In this document: positions 29,088-37,312 of the stretch, piece after piece | Layout of the letters: every line of letters begins with the position of its first letter | Position numbering within the stretch: the stretch's first letter is position 1 | Origin: Phycisphaerae bacterium | GTDB taxonomy: Bacteria; Planctomycetota; Phycisphaerae; UBA1845 | DNA: 37,775 nt | Direction: 5' to 3' | Assembly: GCA_049605375.1 (NCBI GenBank) | Contig: JBMYUM010000002.1 | Coordinates: forward strand, 1 to 37,775 | The notes under the pieces: model-generated | Databases searched by the model: none | The model's input: the letters and a program-made list of their open reading frames with translations, nothing else | Told to the model about the DNA's origin: nothing | Position numbers and translations under genes: made by a program

Positions 29088-29483
29088 CTATGCAGCAGCC
29101 TGAAGCTTGTTTTCCACATAGTTCACGATGGTGTTCACCGTGAACAGATCTGGCATTTTCGAAACACAAGCATCCTGCTCGAACTGGCTGAAGTCCGCAT
29201 GGGGCATGGCGGCTTTCAGTTTCTCCAGACCGGACGGCGTCATCTTGTCGCCATCGACGTAGTCTGGATTGTTCAGAATATCGTCAGGGAAGAGTTCTCC
29301 TTTGGGAATCTTGATGTCGAACGCCTTTTCCAGGCGAAACACGATGTCAAGGAAGTCAATGCTCTCAGCGCCAAGGTCTCCCTGCAGCGTCGCGCTGGGC
29401 GAAACCTCATCCTCTTCTACGCCAAGTGCATCAGTCAGCACATCGCGAACTTTTTCAAAGACGGCCTCACGGCTTGCAGCCAT
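29088..29483 (-). CDS. Acyl carrier protein with an internal ~45-aa insertion
   Basis: DLGAESIDFLDIVFRLEKAF matches the ACP DSLD-type phosphopantetheine site (Ser in ESID). The terminal LFTVNTIVNYVENKL corresponds to ACP helix IV. About 45 residues are inserted between them. The ATG at 29483 is preceded by GGAGG. Confidence 0.82.
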   Translation of the reverse strand: MAASREAVFEKVRDVLTDALGVEEDEVSPSATLQGDLGAESIDFLDIVFRLEKAFDIKIPKGELFPDDILNNPDYVDGDKMTPSGLEKLKAAMPHADFSQFEQDACVSKMPDLFTVNTIVNYVENKLQAAA

Positions 29484-29580
29484 TCCCTCTAGACCTCCAT
29501 CAACCAACCAAACTTTACTACGTCTGTCCGGTGGTCATCCCACCGCACCCGAACCGTCCATGGCTCGAATTCCATTTGTA

Positions 29581-30153
29581 TCAAGCATGCAACAGCGTCA
29601 GCCGCTGTTTCGCATGATCAATAAGCTTACGATCCAAATCCGAAAGCGAACCAATAACGTCGGCAGCATCAACGGCATTCGCCGGTTCTCCCGCTCCGTC
29701 AACGCCACCTGCCGTTGCCCCACCATCGTTGGGTGACAACACATGAGGAGACGACCGATGGAACGATGCAACCGAACCATGCCGAAGCGTGAATCGGGCC
29801 TTTACCATTTCCGCGCCGGCACAGGTCCCGCTGCCACTGAATACGCTCTCTGTATCTGAAAGAGAGCGACAAGCAATGTCCAACTCAAGCAAGTTACCCG
29901 GTTTGACAAAGCTCTTGTATGTTACGTTCTTCGCGTTCGCTAGCAAGATCACACTGACACGGAAATCGAGGGAAACACGGACCAGCCATGCCGCCGCCTC
30001 GACCATCGCTTCCAACATGAACACCCCCGGCAAAACCGGAAACGTCGGGAAGTGGTCAGCTAAGTATTCCTCCGACAGCGAGACCGCTTTGACAGCCTTT
30101 ACCCGCTTGCCGGCTTCAAGTTCTACGATGCGATCAATCAGCTCGAACTTCAT
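29581..30153 (-). CDS. Second FabZ-like (hot-dog fold) dehydratase
   Basis: LADHFPTFPVLPGVFMLEAMVEAAAW matches the FabZ motif with His and Glu present. ATG start at 30153. It has a ~60-aa non-hot-dog C-terminal tail. Confidence 0.8.
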   Translation of the reverse strand: MKFELIDRIVELEAGKRVKAVKAVSLSEEYLADHFPTFPVLPGVFMLEAMVEAAAWLVRVSLDFRVSVILLANAKNVTYKSFVKPGNLLELDIACRSLSDTESVFSGSGTCAGAEMVKARFTLRHGSVASFHRSSPHVLSPNDGGATAGGVDGAGEPANAVDAADVIGSLSDLDRKLIDHAKQRLTLLHA

Positions 30154-30337
30154 GCTGACGGCGCCTCATTCCCTGACGCTCTCCCTCGCGTCCCGCTTCG
30201 GGTGACCTCGAGAGAGCGGCTTGCTTCCAGGTCCAGTATCACCGACGACACAAGATCGAATCAGCCACACCATGTCTTCCACCGGATAGACATACCTGAC
30301 GGACCTGCGTTAGCAAATCGGCGAATTGTATCGATTT

Positions 30338-32089
30338 CTACCAGTCAAAATGGCTCGAAAGACCACCTCGAAGCGGCTTCTTACGCTTCTTGGGCACATG
30401 CGGCGTGTCTGCCTGCGGTGCGGCATCTTCCTTGATCTCGTCCATCTGACTCACCTGTCGAATAGACAACGAAATGCGACGGTTCTCACTATCGACCCCG
30501 AGAACACGGGTTTCTATTTCATCTCCGACAGAGACGACGTCGCCACATGCCCGCACACGCTTCTCAGACAACTCCGAGATGTGAATCAGACCCTCGACAC
30601 CCGTGACCAATTCCACAAACACACCGAAATCGGCCAAACGAGTGACCTTGCCCTTGATGATCGACTTCTCCTCGAAGGAAGAAAGCACATTCTCCCAGGG
30701 GTCAGCCTGAGCTTGCTTCATACTCAGGGCAATTCGCCGCCTCTTCGGCTCTACACGCATGACCGCGCAATCGACCATGTCACCAACCGTGACGGCGTCG
30801 CTGGCCTTGCGAACACGCGACCAGCCCATTTCGCTGATCGGTATCAGAGCCTCAATGCCGGTCTCAAGCTCCGCGAAGGCGCCAAAATCTGCCAGCCGAA
30901 CAACGCGTGCTTTGACCCGAGCCCCTTCCTGATAGCGGTCGCCGACACCTTCCCATGGATCGGGCAGCGCCTGCTTGAGACCGAGGGAAATGCGATTGCG
31001 CTCGAGATCAATCTTCAGAACGCGAACCTCAACCTCGTCCCCTTGCTTCACGATGTCAGCCACGTTGTCGACCATGCTGTAGCTCAGGTCACGCTTGTGA
31101 ACCAGACCATCAACGCCACCAAGATCGACAAATGCACCAAAGTCCGTCAAGTTACCCACAACACCCTTGCGAACCTGCCCCACTTCCAGACTCTCAAGCA
31201 CGCCTTGCCGCTTCTCAACACGCTCTCGCTCTAGCACTTTGCGACGGCTGACGAGGAGGTTCTTCGCACGGCGATCAATTTCCATCACGTCAACGCGAAC
31301 CTGCGCGTTGAGCAGAACAGAGATGTCTTTCATCGGGGACAAATCAGCTTGCGACGCAGGCATGAAGCCGCGCAACCCGTTCAAACTGACCTCCAGCCCG
31401 CCTTTGATCAATCCCGTCACACGGCCTTCCAAGGTGCTGCCGATTTCTACAGTATCCCACGAGGCCTTCTGCACCGCTCCCTTGATGTGGGCGTTTGCCA
31501 GACCGGAACCGTCATCGACACGGTCGATGATGGCTTCGATACTGTCACCAACCGCCGGAACGTCGTTGAACTGCGATGCCGGGATAACAGCCTGGGATTT
31601 CCCACCGAATTCGATAAAGACGTCATCCCCCGATACACCGGACACGCGGCCTGTGACCGTCGCCCCTCGAACCAGGTCACCGGCCCCTGACGCAACAGCC
31701 CCGGCTGCAGAAGCGGCCAGACCACCGCTGAGTTCTGCCAGGTCTGACGCATCCATTCCTTCCATGGCGCGCTGAACCTCTTGATCGATAGCCGTCATTT
31801 CAGATTCGGTGGAAGCCATTGGCGCAGGGTTTGCGTCGGCTTCTGCCAACACGTCCATCGGTGTCGCGGGAGTCCCGGAAGCGGGAATGCCAGGCGGCGT
31901 TGAGCCCACCCCACCCGACTCCTGCGAAGAACCGGTACCGGAATCGGCAACGGTTGGCTCAGGAACGTGGTTCGGAGCCGGCGAAGCATCGCCATGTTGG
32001 TTTGCCGTGGATTCGGATGAACCCCCAGCCGGTGTTGGATCAACAGGGGGCAGATTCCCCGTACCTTCGGTGTTCGGCGAGTCAGTCAT
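30338..32089 (-). CDS. rpsA: 30S ribosomal protein S1 with a long low-complexity N-terminal extension
   Basis: Five recognisable S1 domains: GATVTGRVSGV..., GSTLEGRVTGLIKGGLEV, GQVRKGVVGNLTDFGAFVDLGG, GARVKARVVRLADFGAFAEL, IIKGKVTRLADFGVFVEL. The ORF-track start at 32101 is TTG and the first ATG is at 32089. Other internal ATGs are possible. Confidence 0.92.
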   Translation of the reverse strand: MTDSPNTEGTGNLPPVDPTPAGGSSESTANQHGDASPAPNHVPEPTVADSGTGSSQESGGVGSTPPGIPASGTPATPMDVLAEADANPAPMASTESEMTAIDQEVQRAMEGMDASDLAELSGGLAASAAGAVASGAGDLVRGATVTGRVSGVSGDDVFIEFGGKSQAVIPASQFNDVPAVGDSIEAIIDRVDDGSGLANAHIKGAVQKASWDTVEIGSTLEGRVTGLIKGGLEVSLNGLRGFMPASQADLSPMKDISVLLNAQVRVDVMEIDRRAKNLLVSRRKVLERERVEKRQGVLESLEVGQVRKGVVGNLTDFGAFVDLGGVDGLVHKRDLSYSMVDNVADIVKQGDEVEVRVLKIDLERNRISLGLKQALPDPWEGVGDRYQEGARVKARVVRLADFGAFAELETGIEALIPISEMGWSRVRKASDAVTVGDMVDCAVMRVEPKRRRIALSMKQAQADPWENVLSSFEEKSIIKGKVTRLADFGVFVELVTGVEGLIHISELSEKRVRACGDVVSVGDEIETRVLGVDSENRRISLSIRQVSQMDEIKEDAAPQADTPHVPKKRKKPLRGGLSSHFDW

Positions 32090-32255
32090 AATAACAGTCA
32101 AACCTTACGATTATCGGGCCGTCAAGTCGACCACCGACGAAACGTGACCCGAATAAGAGATGCAATCCAGATTCTGCGACAGCCCGTGCACGACATAGAG
32201 GACCGTACACGAGATAGACGGATACGAGCTATAAACAGCCCCAGACGCCCATCAG

Positions 32256-32289
32256 CCCCATACGCCAGTCGGCCCCATAGGCCAGTCGG
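32256..32289. repeat. 17-nt tandem repeat x2 with 1 mismatch
   Basis: ccccatacgccagtcgg (32256-32272) and ccccataggccagtcgg (32273-32289). It lies in the rpsA-proximal part of the 856-nt divergent intergenic region. Confidence 0.9.
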
Positions 32290-32548
32290 ACTCGTCTAAG
32301 AAACAGGCAGCGATAACATTTGTGACAGAACCCGATGTGCCCCGCATTCGCCAGCACGCCGGGTAGGGTCAACTTCGCGCCCGGATTCCCGAGGAATCTC
32401 TCTTCTTAATGCTGCTATCGCCGAAAGTCAAGCCTGCACCACGTCTGCCCATGCACCAGTCTCGGTAAGAAGCATTCCGCGCACATATCATCGCCAGGAT
32501 TGTCCGATAATGGGCAAGCAAGGTGGATCGGCAGGGGTCAATTTTACC

Positions 32549-32578
32549 TTGACATATCTGGGATTCCAGGCTTAATAT
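32549..32578 (+). promoter_or_regulatory. Near-consensus sigma70-like promoter facing the giant Cys-rich gene
   Basis: TTGACA (32549-32554), then TTAATA after a 17-nt spacer or TAATAT after an 18-nt spacer (32572-32578). This is the best -35/-10 match I found in the window. It implies a ~380-nt leader before the ATG at 32958. Confidence 0.4.
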
Positions 32579-32788
32579 GGTCGATTCGGAGAGGCTGCGC
32601 TCCCCTGCGCACAATCTGCAGGGTTGTCCACCAGGATAGGGAACCTTCGTATTGCATTGGTTTCCCGGCGCTTGGGCTTTCCGCGTGACATAACCATGTT
32701 GGGGCTCGTGAAGAAATGGAGAAGGAAGAAGCACACCATTTCGCACGCGGGTTAATGGGCATAGCGGTCAAGTGACCTGGTTTCGATC

Positions 32789-32833
32789 GTTGTTGAGCGG
32801 ACTGTTGTTGAGTGGACGGTTGTTGAGAGGAAG
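32789..32833. repeat. 15-nt imperfect tandem repeat x3 (GTTGTTGAGnGGAnn)
   Basis: gttgttgagcggact, gttgttgagtggacg, gttgttgagaggaag. It lies about 125 nt upstream of the ATG at 32958. Confidence 0.85.
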
Positions 32834-32873
32834 ACTGTTCCACGCCTGAAGACCGGAATCGACCGGGAGCGGG

Positions 32874-32918
32874 AATCAACGAGCGTCAATCAACAGACGT
32901 AAATCAATCGACAATCAA
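32874..32918 (+). promoter_or_regulatory. Four phased AATCAA boxes upstream of the giant gene start
   Basis: AATCAA at 32874, 32888, 32902 and 32913, spaced 14, 14 and 11 nt apart. They lie 40-84 nt upstream of the ATG at 32958. Function unknown; possibly a direct-repeat regulator site or a leader element. Confidence 0.25.
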
Positions 32919-32957
32919 TTGACCAGGTCGGATGAATTTGGAGAGGGAAGGGAACAG

Positions 32958-35900
32958 ATGCAAAAGCAGCACCTTTGGGCTGTAGCCGCAGTATTGTCGG
33001 CCTGCTGTCAGGCTTGGGCGGTCACGCCAATCACTATCGATTTTTCGGTGGAAGATGATGGCGTAACGCCGCTCGTCAACGGTCAAGACATCAGCACGCC
33101 GCCAGAGTTCGGTGTCTATTTCAATGTTTCTTCGACGGGCAATAACCTCGGACCGGCTATCTTCGATACCGATCCCAGTGGCCCGAACGGAAGCGGACCT
33201 GACCCTGACCTGCTCGTTGATGCCGGCAACTGCATCATGCTGCAGAGCAACTCTTCACCCACGCAAACCACCAGCGGCATCTTTGACACACCGAATGACT
33301 CGGCCGCAGGCGGAACGCTGACCTTCGATTTTGCCGCTGCCGGCGCGAATGTCCGGGTCGTCAGCATGGACGCGTTGGACCGTGATGGAAACGGTCGCGC
33401 CATCATGACACTGACGGACGGCAACGGCGCTCAGCGTGTTGTCGACATTCCGAACCAGTTCACCGGCGAAGCGCCCGGTGACCCGGGAATCGCCACCATT
33501 GATCTCGAAACGGGCAGCCCGACGGAATCCCCCAACATTCCGGGCCTCTTCACGACCGTTAACACCGACCCGGGATTCAACATTGACGATGTGGCTTCTC
33601 TGGTTGTGACATTCATCGGGTCCGGTGGTGTCAGCAACCTGACCTTCATCCCGCCGTGTGTCGTTGATGCCGATTGTGATGACGGCGTATTCTGTAATGG
33701 TGCGGAAGCCTGTGTAAGCGGCGTTTGCCAGAACGGCACGGCTCCGGATTGCGACGACAGCATCGATTGCACCGTTGACAGTTGCGACACCAACACCGAC
33801 AGCTGCCAGAATTCACCGCTTGATGACCTTTGCGACAACAACCTCTTCTGCGACGGCGTTGAAGTCTGTGACCCGAACAACGGCTGCCAGGCTGGACCGG
33901 CACCGGACTGCAACGACAGCGTGGGTTGCACCGTCGACAGCTGCAACGAAGACACGGATTCCTGCGACAATCTGCCAAGTGATGCGGCCTGTGACGACGG
34001 CGCATTCTGTAATGGTGTCGAAACATGCGACCCGAACAACGATTGTCAGGCAGGTAGTGCACCAAACTGCGATGATAGCGTCGGCTGTACGGTCGATAGC
34101 TGCAACGAAGATACCGACTCCTGCGACAACATGCCGAATGATGCCGCGTGTGACGATGGCGCATTCTGTAACGGTGTCGAAGTCTGTGATCCTGACAACG
34201 ACTGTCAGGCCGGCACTCCGCCGAACTGTGACGACAGCGTCGATTGCACCATTGACACGTGCAACGAAACGACGGACTCGTGCAACAACTCGCCCAGCGA
34301 TGCAGCTTGCGATGACGGGCTCTTCTGCAATGGCGTTGAAACCTGTGACCCGAACAACGATTGCCAGGCCGGCACCCCGCCGAACTGCGATGACGGTGTC
34401 GGCTGCACCATGGACAGTTGCAACGAAGACACCGATTCGTGCGACAACATGCCGGTTGACGCCCTGTGTGACAACGGTCAGGGTTGCGACGGCTTGGAAA
34501 CCTGTGATCCCAACAACGATTGCCAGCCGGGTACGCCGCCGAATTGTGATGACGGCATCGCCTGCACCATCGATTCATGCGACCCGGACACCGGCGAGTG
34601 CATCAATGTGCCGGATGACAGCCTTTGCAACGATGGTCTTTTCTGTAACGGCGTAGAAACCTGCAGCCCGGTCAATGGATGTGAAGCCGGCACGCCGCCG
34701 ATTTGCGACGACGGTGTCAGCTGCACCATGGACAGCTGCAACGAAGATACCGATTCATGCGACAACATGCCGAATGACGGTCTTTGCAACGACGGCGCGT
34801 TCTGCAACGGCGTCGAAACCTGTGATCCAACCAATGACTGCCAGGCCGGCACGGCTCCAGACTGCAACGACAATGTCGACTGCACGACGGATGCCTGTGA
34901 CGAGAACGCAGACACCTGCACGAACACGCCTTCAAATGCCGCCTGCGATGACAACGTAAGCTGCACCGTCGACGTCTGCGATCCAATCACGGGTTGCTCG
35001 AACTCGCCGGATGACAGCCTTTGCAACGATGGCGATTTCTGCAACGGCGTCGAAACCTGCGACCCGAACAATGATTGCCAGGCCGGCTCCGCACCAGATT
35101 GTGATGATGGCATCGCATGCACGGAAGATTCGTGCGACGAGGCCAATGACACATGCACGAGCACGCCGGTCAACGCACTCTGCGATGACGGCGTTGATTG
35201 CACCGTTGATGAATGTGTAGCTGGTCTGGGTTGTCAGAACACACCCGACGACAGCTTCTGCGCCAACGGCCTGTTCTGCGACGGGAATGAAGTTTGCGAT
35301 CCGGTCAACGATTGCCAGGACGGCACGGCACCATGCAACGAACCACTTCGATGCGATGAAGACGCCGACGAATGCGTTGATTGCCTGACCGACGGCCAAT
35401 GCGATGACGGAAACTTCTGCAACGGTATTGAAATCTGCATCGGCAGCCGTTGCATTCCGGGAACACCGCCAAATTGTGACGATGGTATCGCCTGCACCGT
35501 CGACTCCTGTAATGAAGACACGGATTCGTGTGATAACACGCCGGACGACAGCTTCTGCTCCAACAGCCTGTTCTGCGATGGTGCTGAAGTTTGCGATCCG
35601 AACAATGGATGTATTGCCGGAGCTGCACCGAATTGCGACGACGGCGTGAGCTGCACCGTCGACATTTGCAACGAGGACTCAGATTCGTGCGATAACACAC
35701 CGGACGACAGCGTTTGCTCGAACGGCCTGTTCTGTGACGGCGCCGAAGTCTGCGATCCCAACAGTGATTGCCAGCCAGGCACGCCGCCGAATTGCAACGA
35801 CGGCGTAAGCTGCACCGTCGATGCCTGCAACGAGGACACCGATTCGTGCGACAACACGCCGGATGACAGCGTTTGCTCGAACGGCAACTTCTGTGACGGT

Positions 35901-37148
35901 GTTGAAGTCTGCGATCCGAACAATGATTGCCAGCCAGGTATGGCAGTCAATTGCGACGATGGCGTCAGCTGTACCATCGACGTTTGCAACGAGAATACGG
36001 ATTCTTGCGACAACACGCCGGATGACAGCGTCTGTAGCGATGGCCTGCAGTGCAACGGAATCGAAATCTGTGACCCGTCAAATGATTGCCAGGCGGGAAC
36101 CCCGCCGAATTGCGACGACGGTATCGCATGTACCATCGACGTCTGTGACGAAGCCGGTGGCTGTACGAACACGCCGGACGACAGCCTCTGCGACAATGGC
36201 AATTTCTGTGACGGTGCGGAAGTCTGCGACCCGGTTAACGGTTGTAAGGGCGCCATGCCGGTCAACTGCGATGACGGCGTTGCGTGTACTGTCGACGTCT
36301 GCAACGAAGACAGCGATTCCTGCGATAACCTGCCGGATGACAGCATCTGCTCGAACGGCAACTTCTGCGACGGCGCTGAAGTTTGCGATCCGACCAATGA
36401 TTGCCAGCCGGGCTCACCAGTGAACTGCAGTGACGGCGTCGACTGCACTGTTGATGTCTGCGACGAAGATGCAGACCAGTGCTCAAACACACCGGATAAC
36501 AGCTTGTGCGACAACGGCTCGTTCTGTGATGGTGTGGAAGTCTGCGACCCGACGCTCGACTGTCAGCCGGGTGGCGGTGATCCATGCGACGACAGTGTCG
36601 GTTGTACCGTGGACGCTTGCGATGAAGCAACGGACATGTGCAACAACACGCCGAATGACGCACTATGCGACGATGGCGAATTCTGCAACGGCGTTGAAAC
36701 GTGTGATCCGACCGGTGACTGCCAGGCGGGTGATGCACCGATTTGCGACGACGGTAACGCCTGCACAACCGATGTGTGTAGCGACATCACGGATCAATGT
36801 GTAAGCACGCCGAACAACGCGGCCTGCAATGACAACGATCCATGCACGCTCGACATCTGCACCGAGAACGGATGCATGAACAGCCAGATCTGCGGTGCAT
36901 GCTGCTTCCCGGACAACACCTGCAACGATCAGGTCACCCTGAGCGAGTGTGCGGCTACCGCAAACACCAGCTTCGAGGGAATTGGCTCTGAGTGTGCCGG
37001 TGACAGCAACAACAACGGCCTCGATGACAACTGCGAACCGGGCGAGCAGGTTCCCACGGTCTCCGAATGGGGCCTCGTGATCCTGGCATTGCTGCTCGGC
37101 ACGATGGGCAAGTTGTATTTCGGACGTCGCGAAGCGGACTTTGCATAA
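32958..37148 (+). CDS. Giant secreted cysteine-rich repeat protein with IPTL/PEP-CTERM-type sorting tail
   Basis: The ORF-track start at 32919 is TTG. The ATG at 32958 follows GAGAGGGAAGGGAA and opens a signal peptide (MQKQHLWAVAAVLSACCQAWA). Next come a ~210-aa nearly Cys-free domain, 21 CDDGxxCTxDxC(N/D)EDTDSC half-modules alternating with 19 CxNGxFC(N/D)GxExCDPxNDCQxG half-modules, a GACCFPDNTCND...ECA segment, and VPTVSEWGLVILALLLGTMGKLYFGRRE. Confidence 0.9.
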   Translation: MQKQHLWAVAAVLSACCQAWAVTPITIDFSVEDDGVTPLVNGQDISTPPEFGVYFNVSSTGNNLGPAIFDTDPSGPNGSGPDPDLLVDAGNCIMLQSNSSPTQTTSGIFDTPNDSAAGGTLTFDFAAAGANVRVVSMDALDRDGNGRAIMTLTDGNGAQRVVDIPNQFTGEAPGDPGIATIDLETGSPTESPNIPGLFTTVNTDPGFNIDDVASLVVTFIGSGGVSNLTFIPPCVVDADCDDGVFCNGAEACVSGVCQNGTAPDCDDSIDCTVDSCDTNTDSCQNSPLDDLCDNNLFCDGVEVCDPNNGCQAGPAPDCNDSVGCTVDSCNEDTDSCDNLPSDAACDDGAFCNGVETCDPNNDCQAGSAPNCDDSVGCTVDSCNEDTDSCDNMPNDAACDDGAFCNGVEVCDPDNDCQAGTPPNCDDSVDCTIDTCNETTDSCNNSPSDAACDDGLFCNGVETCDPNNDCQAGTPPNCDDGVGCTMDSCNEDTDSCDNMPVDALCDNGQGCDGLETCDPNNDCQPGTPPNCDDGIACTIDSCDPDTGECINVPDDSLCNDGLFCNGVETCSPVNGCEAGTPPICDDGVSCTMDSCNEDTDSCDNMPNDGLCNDGAFCNGVETCDPTNDCQAGTAPDCNDNVDCTTDACDENADTCTNTPSNAACDDNVSCTVDVCDPITGCSNSPDDSLCNDGDFCNGVETCDPNNDCQAGSAPDCDDGIACTEDSCDEANDTCTSTPVNALCDDGVDCTVDECVAGLGCQNTPDDSFCANGLFCDGNEVCDPVNDCQDGTAPCNEPLRCDEDADECVDCLTDGQCDDGNFCNGIEICIGSRCIPGTPPNCDDGIACTVDSCNEDTDSCDNTPDDSFCSNSLFCDGAEVCDPNNGCIAGAAPNCDDGVSCTVDICNEDSDSCDNTPDDSVCSNGLFCDGAEVCDPNSDCQPGTPPNCNDGVSCTVDACNEDTDSCDNTPDDSVCSNGNFCDGVEVCDPNNDCQPGMAVNCDDGVSCTIDVCNENTDSCDNTPDDSVCSDGLQCNGIEICDPSNDCQAGTPPNCDDGIACTIDVCDEAGGCTNTPDDSLCDNGNFCDGAEVCDPVNGCKGAMPVNCDDGVACTVDVCNEDSDSCDNLPDDSICSNGNFCDGAEVCDPTNDCQPGSPVNCSDGVDCTVDVCDEDADQCSNTPDNSLCDNGSFCDGVEVCDPTLDCQPGGGDPCDDSVGCTVDACDEATDMCNNTPNDALCDDGEFCNGVETCDPTGDCQAGDAPICDDGNACTTDVCSDITDQCVSTPNNAACNDNDPCTLDICTENGCMNSQICGACCFPDNTCNDQVTLSECAATANTSFEGIGSECAGDSNNNGLDDNCEPGEQVPTVSEWGLVILALLLGTMGKLYFGRREADFA
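33657..36890 (+). repeat. About 20 tandem 53-aa (159-nt) 8-cysteine coding repeats
   Basis: Example unit: CDDSVGCTVDSCNEDTDSCDNLPSDAACDDGAFCNGVETCDPNNDCQAGSAPN. Adjacent units differ mostly at synonymous third positions (for example ggttgcaccgtcgacagc versus ggctgtacggtcgatagc). Confidence 0.9.
37050..37145 (+). other. IPTL-CTERM-like (PEP-CTERM variant) exosortase sorting signal
   Basis: VPTVSEWG motif, hydrophobic helix LVILALLLGTMGKLYF and basic cluster GRRE at the extreme C-terminus. It matches my recollection of the IPTLxxWG-CTERM signature. Confidence 0.75.
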
Positions 37149-37198
37149 AGTCAGACAGTCCGGCCCGTTCCGGAGTCTGTGAAAATTGATACAATATC

Positions 37199-37231
37199 GG
37201 CCCGGCGGGAATACCGTCGGGCCTTTCTTTT
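37199..37231 (+). terminator. Rho-independent terminator after the giant gene
   Basis: GGCCCGGCGG (37199-37208), loop GAATA, CCGTCGGGCC (37214-37223). This is a 10-bp stem with 1 mismatch, followed by TTTCTTTT (37224-37231). An additional hairpin without a U-tract lies at 37152-37179 (CAGAC-ag-TCCGG / CCGGA-GTCTG). Confidence 0.7.
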
Positions 37232-37312
37232 AGACTGGTAACGTGCACAGGGATCGACGATAATCCCCGTAACCCTAAGTGGGCAAAACACTTGTAAGTC
37301 CGGAAAAACGAA

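Noticed and set aside
28435-29103. Three candidate ORFs in the gap between the ACP and DH genes: 28435-28656(-), 28692-28913(-) and 28756-29103(+).
   Set aside because: They are short and Arg-rich with no motif I recognise and no convincing ribosome-binding site. The region is treated as non-coding, and a possible pseudogene is flagged in the findings.
32696-32755. 19-codon upstream ORF (MLGLVKKWRRKKHTISHAG) in the putative leader of the giant gene.
   Set aside because: It has no Shine-Dalgarno-like motif and conservation cannot be tested here. It could be chance in an 850-nt region.
33431-36768. Many long ORFs antisense to or in alternative frames of the giant gene, such as 33646-34578(-) at 310 aa, 33775-34656(+) at 293 aa, 34478-35203(-) at 241 aa and 35234-36514(-) at 426 aa.
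   Set aside because: Their products are monotonous Ser/Gln/Arg/Thr-rich repeats that simply mirror the 159-nt periodicity of the sense frame. The sense frame has a signal peptide, conserved Cys spacing, synonymous-site drift and a sorting tail. Stop-poor GC-rich repeats keep off-frames open by chance.
33657-36890. Possible CRISPR array or other non-coding tandem repeat, given the strong ~159-nt periodicity.
   Set aside because: The units are contiguous with no unique spacers. They are far longer than CRISPR repeats, lie in one uninterrupted reading frame, and vary mostly at third codon positions. This is a coding repeat.
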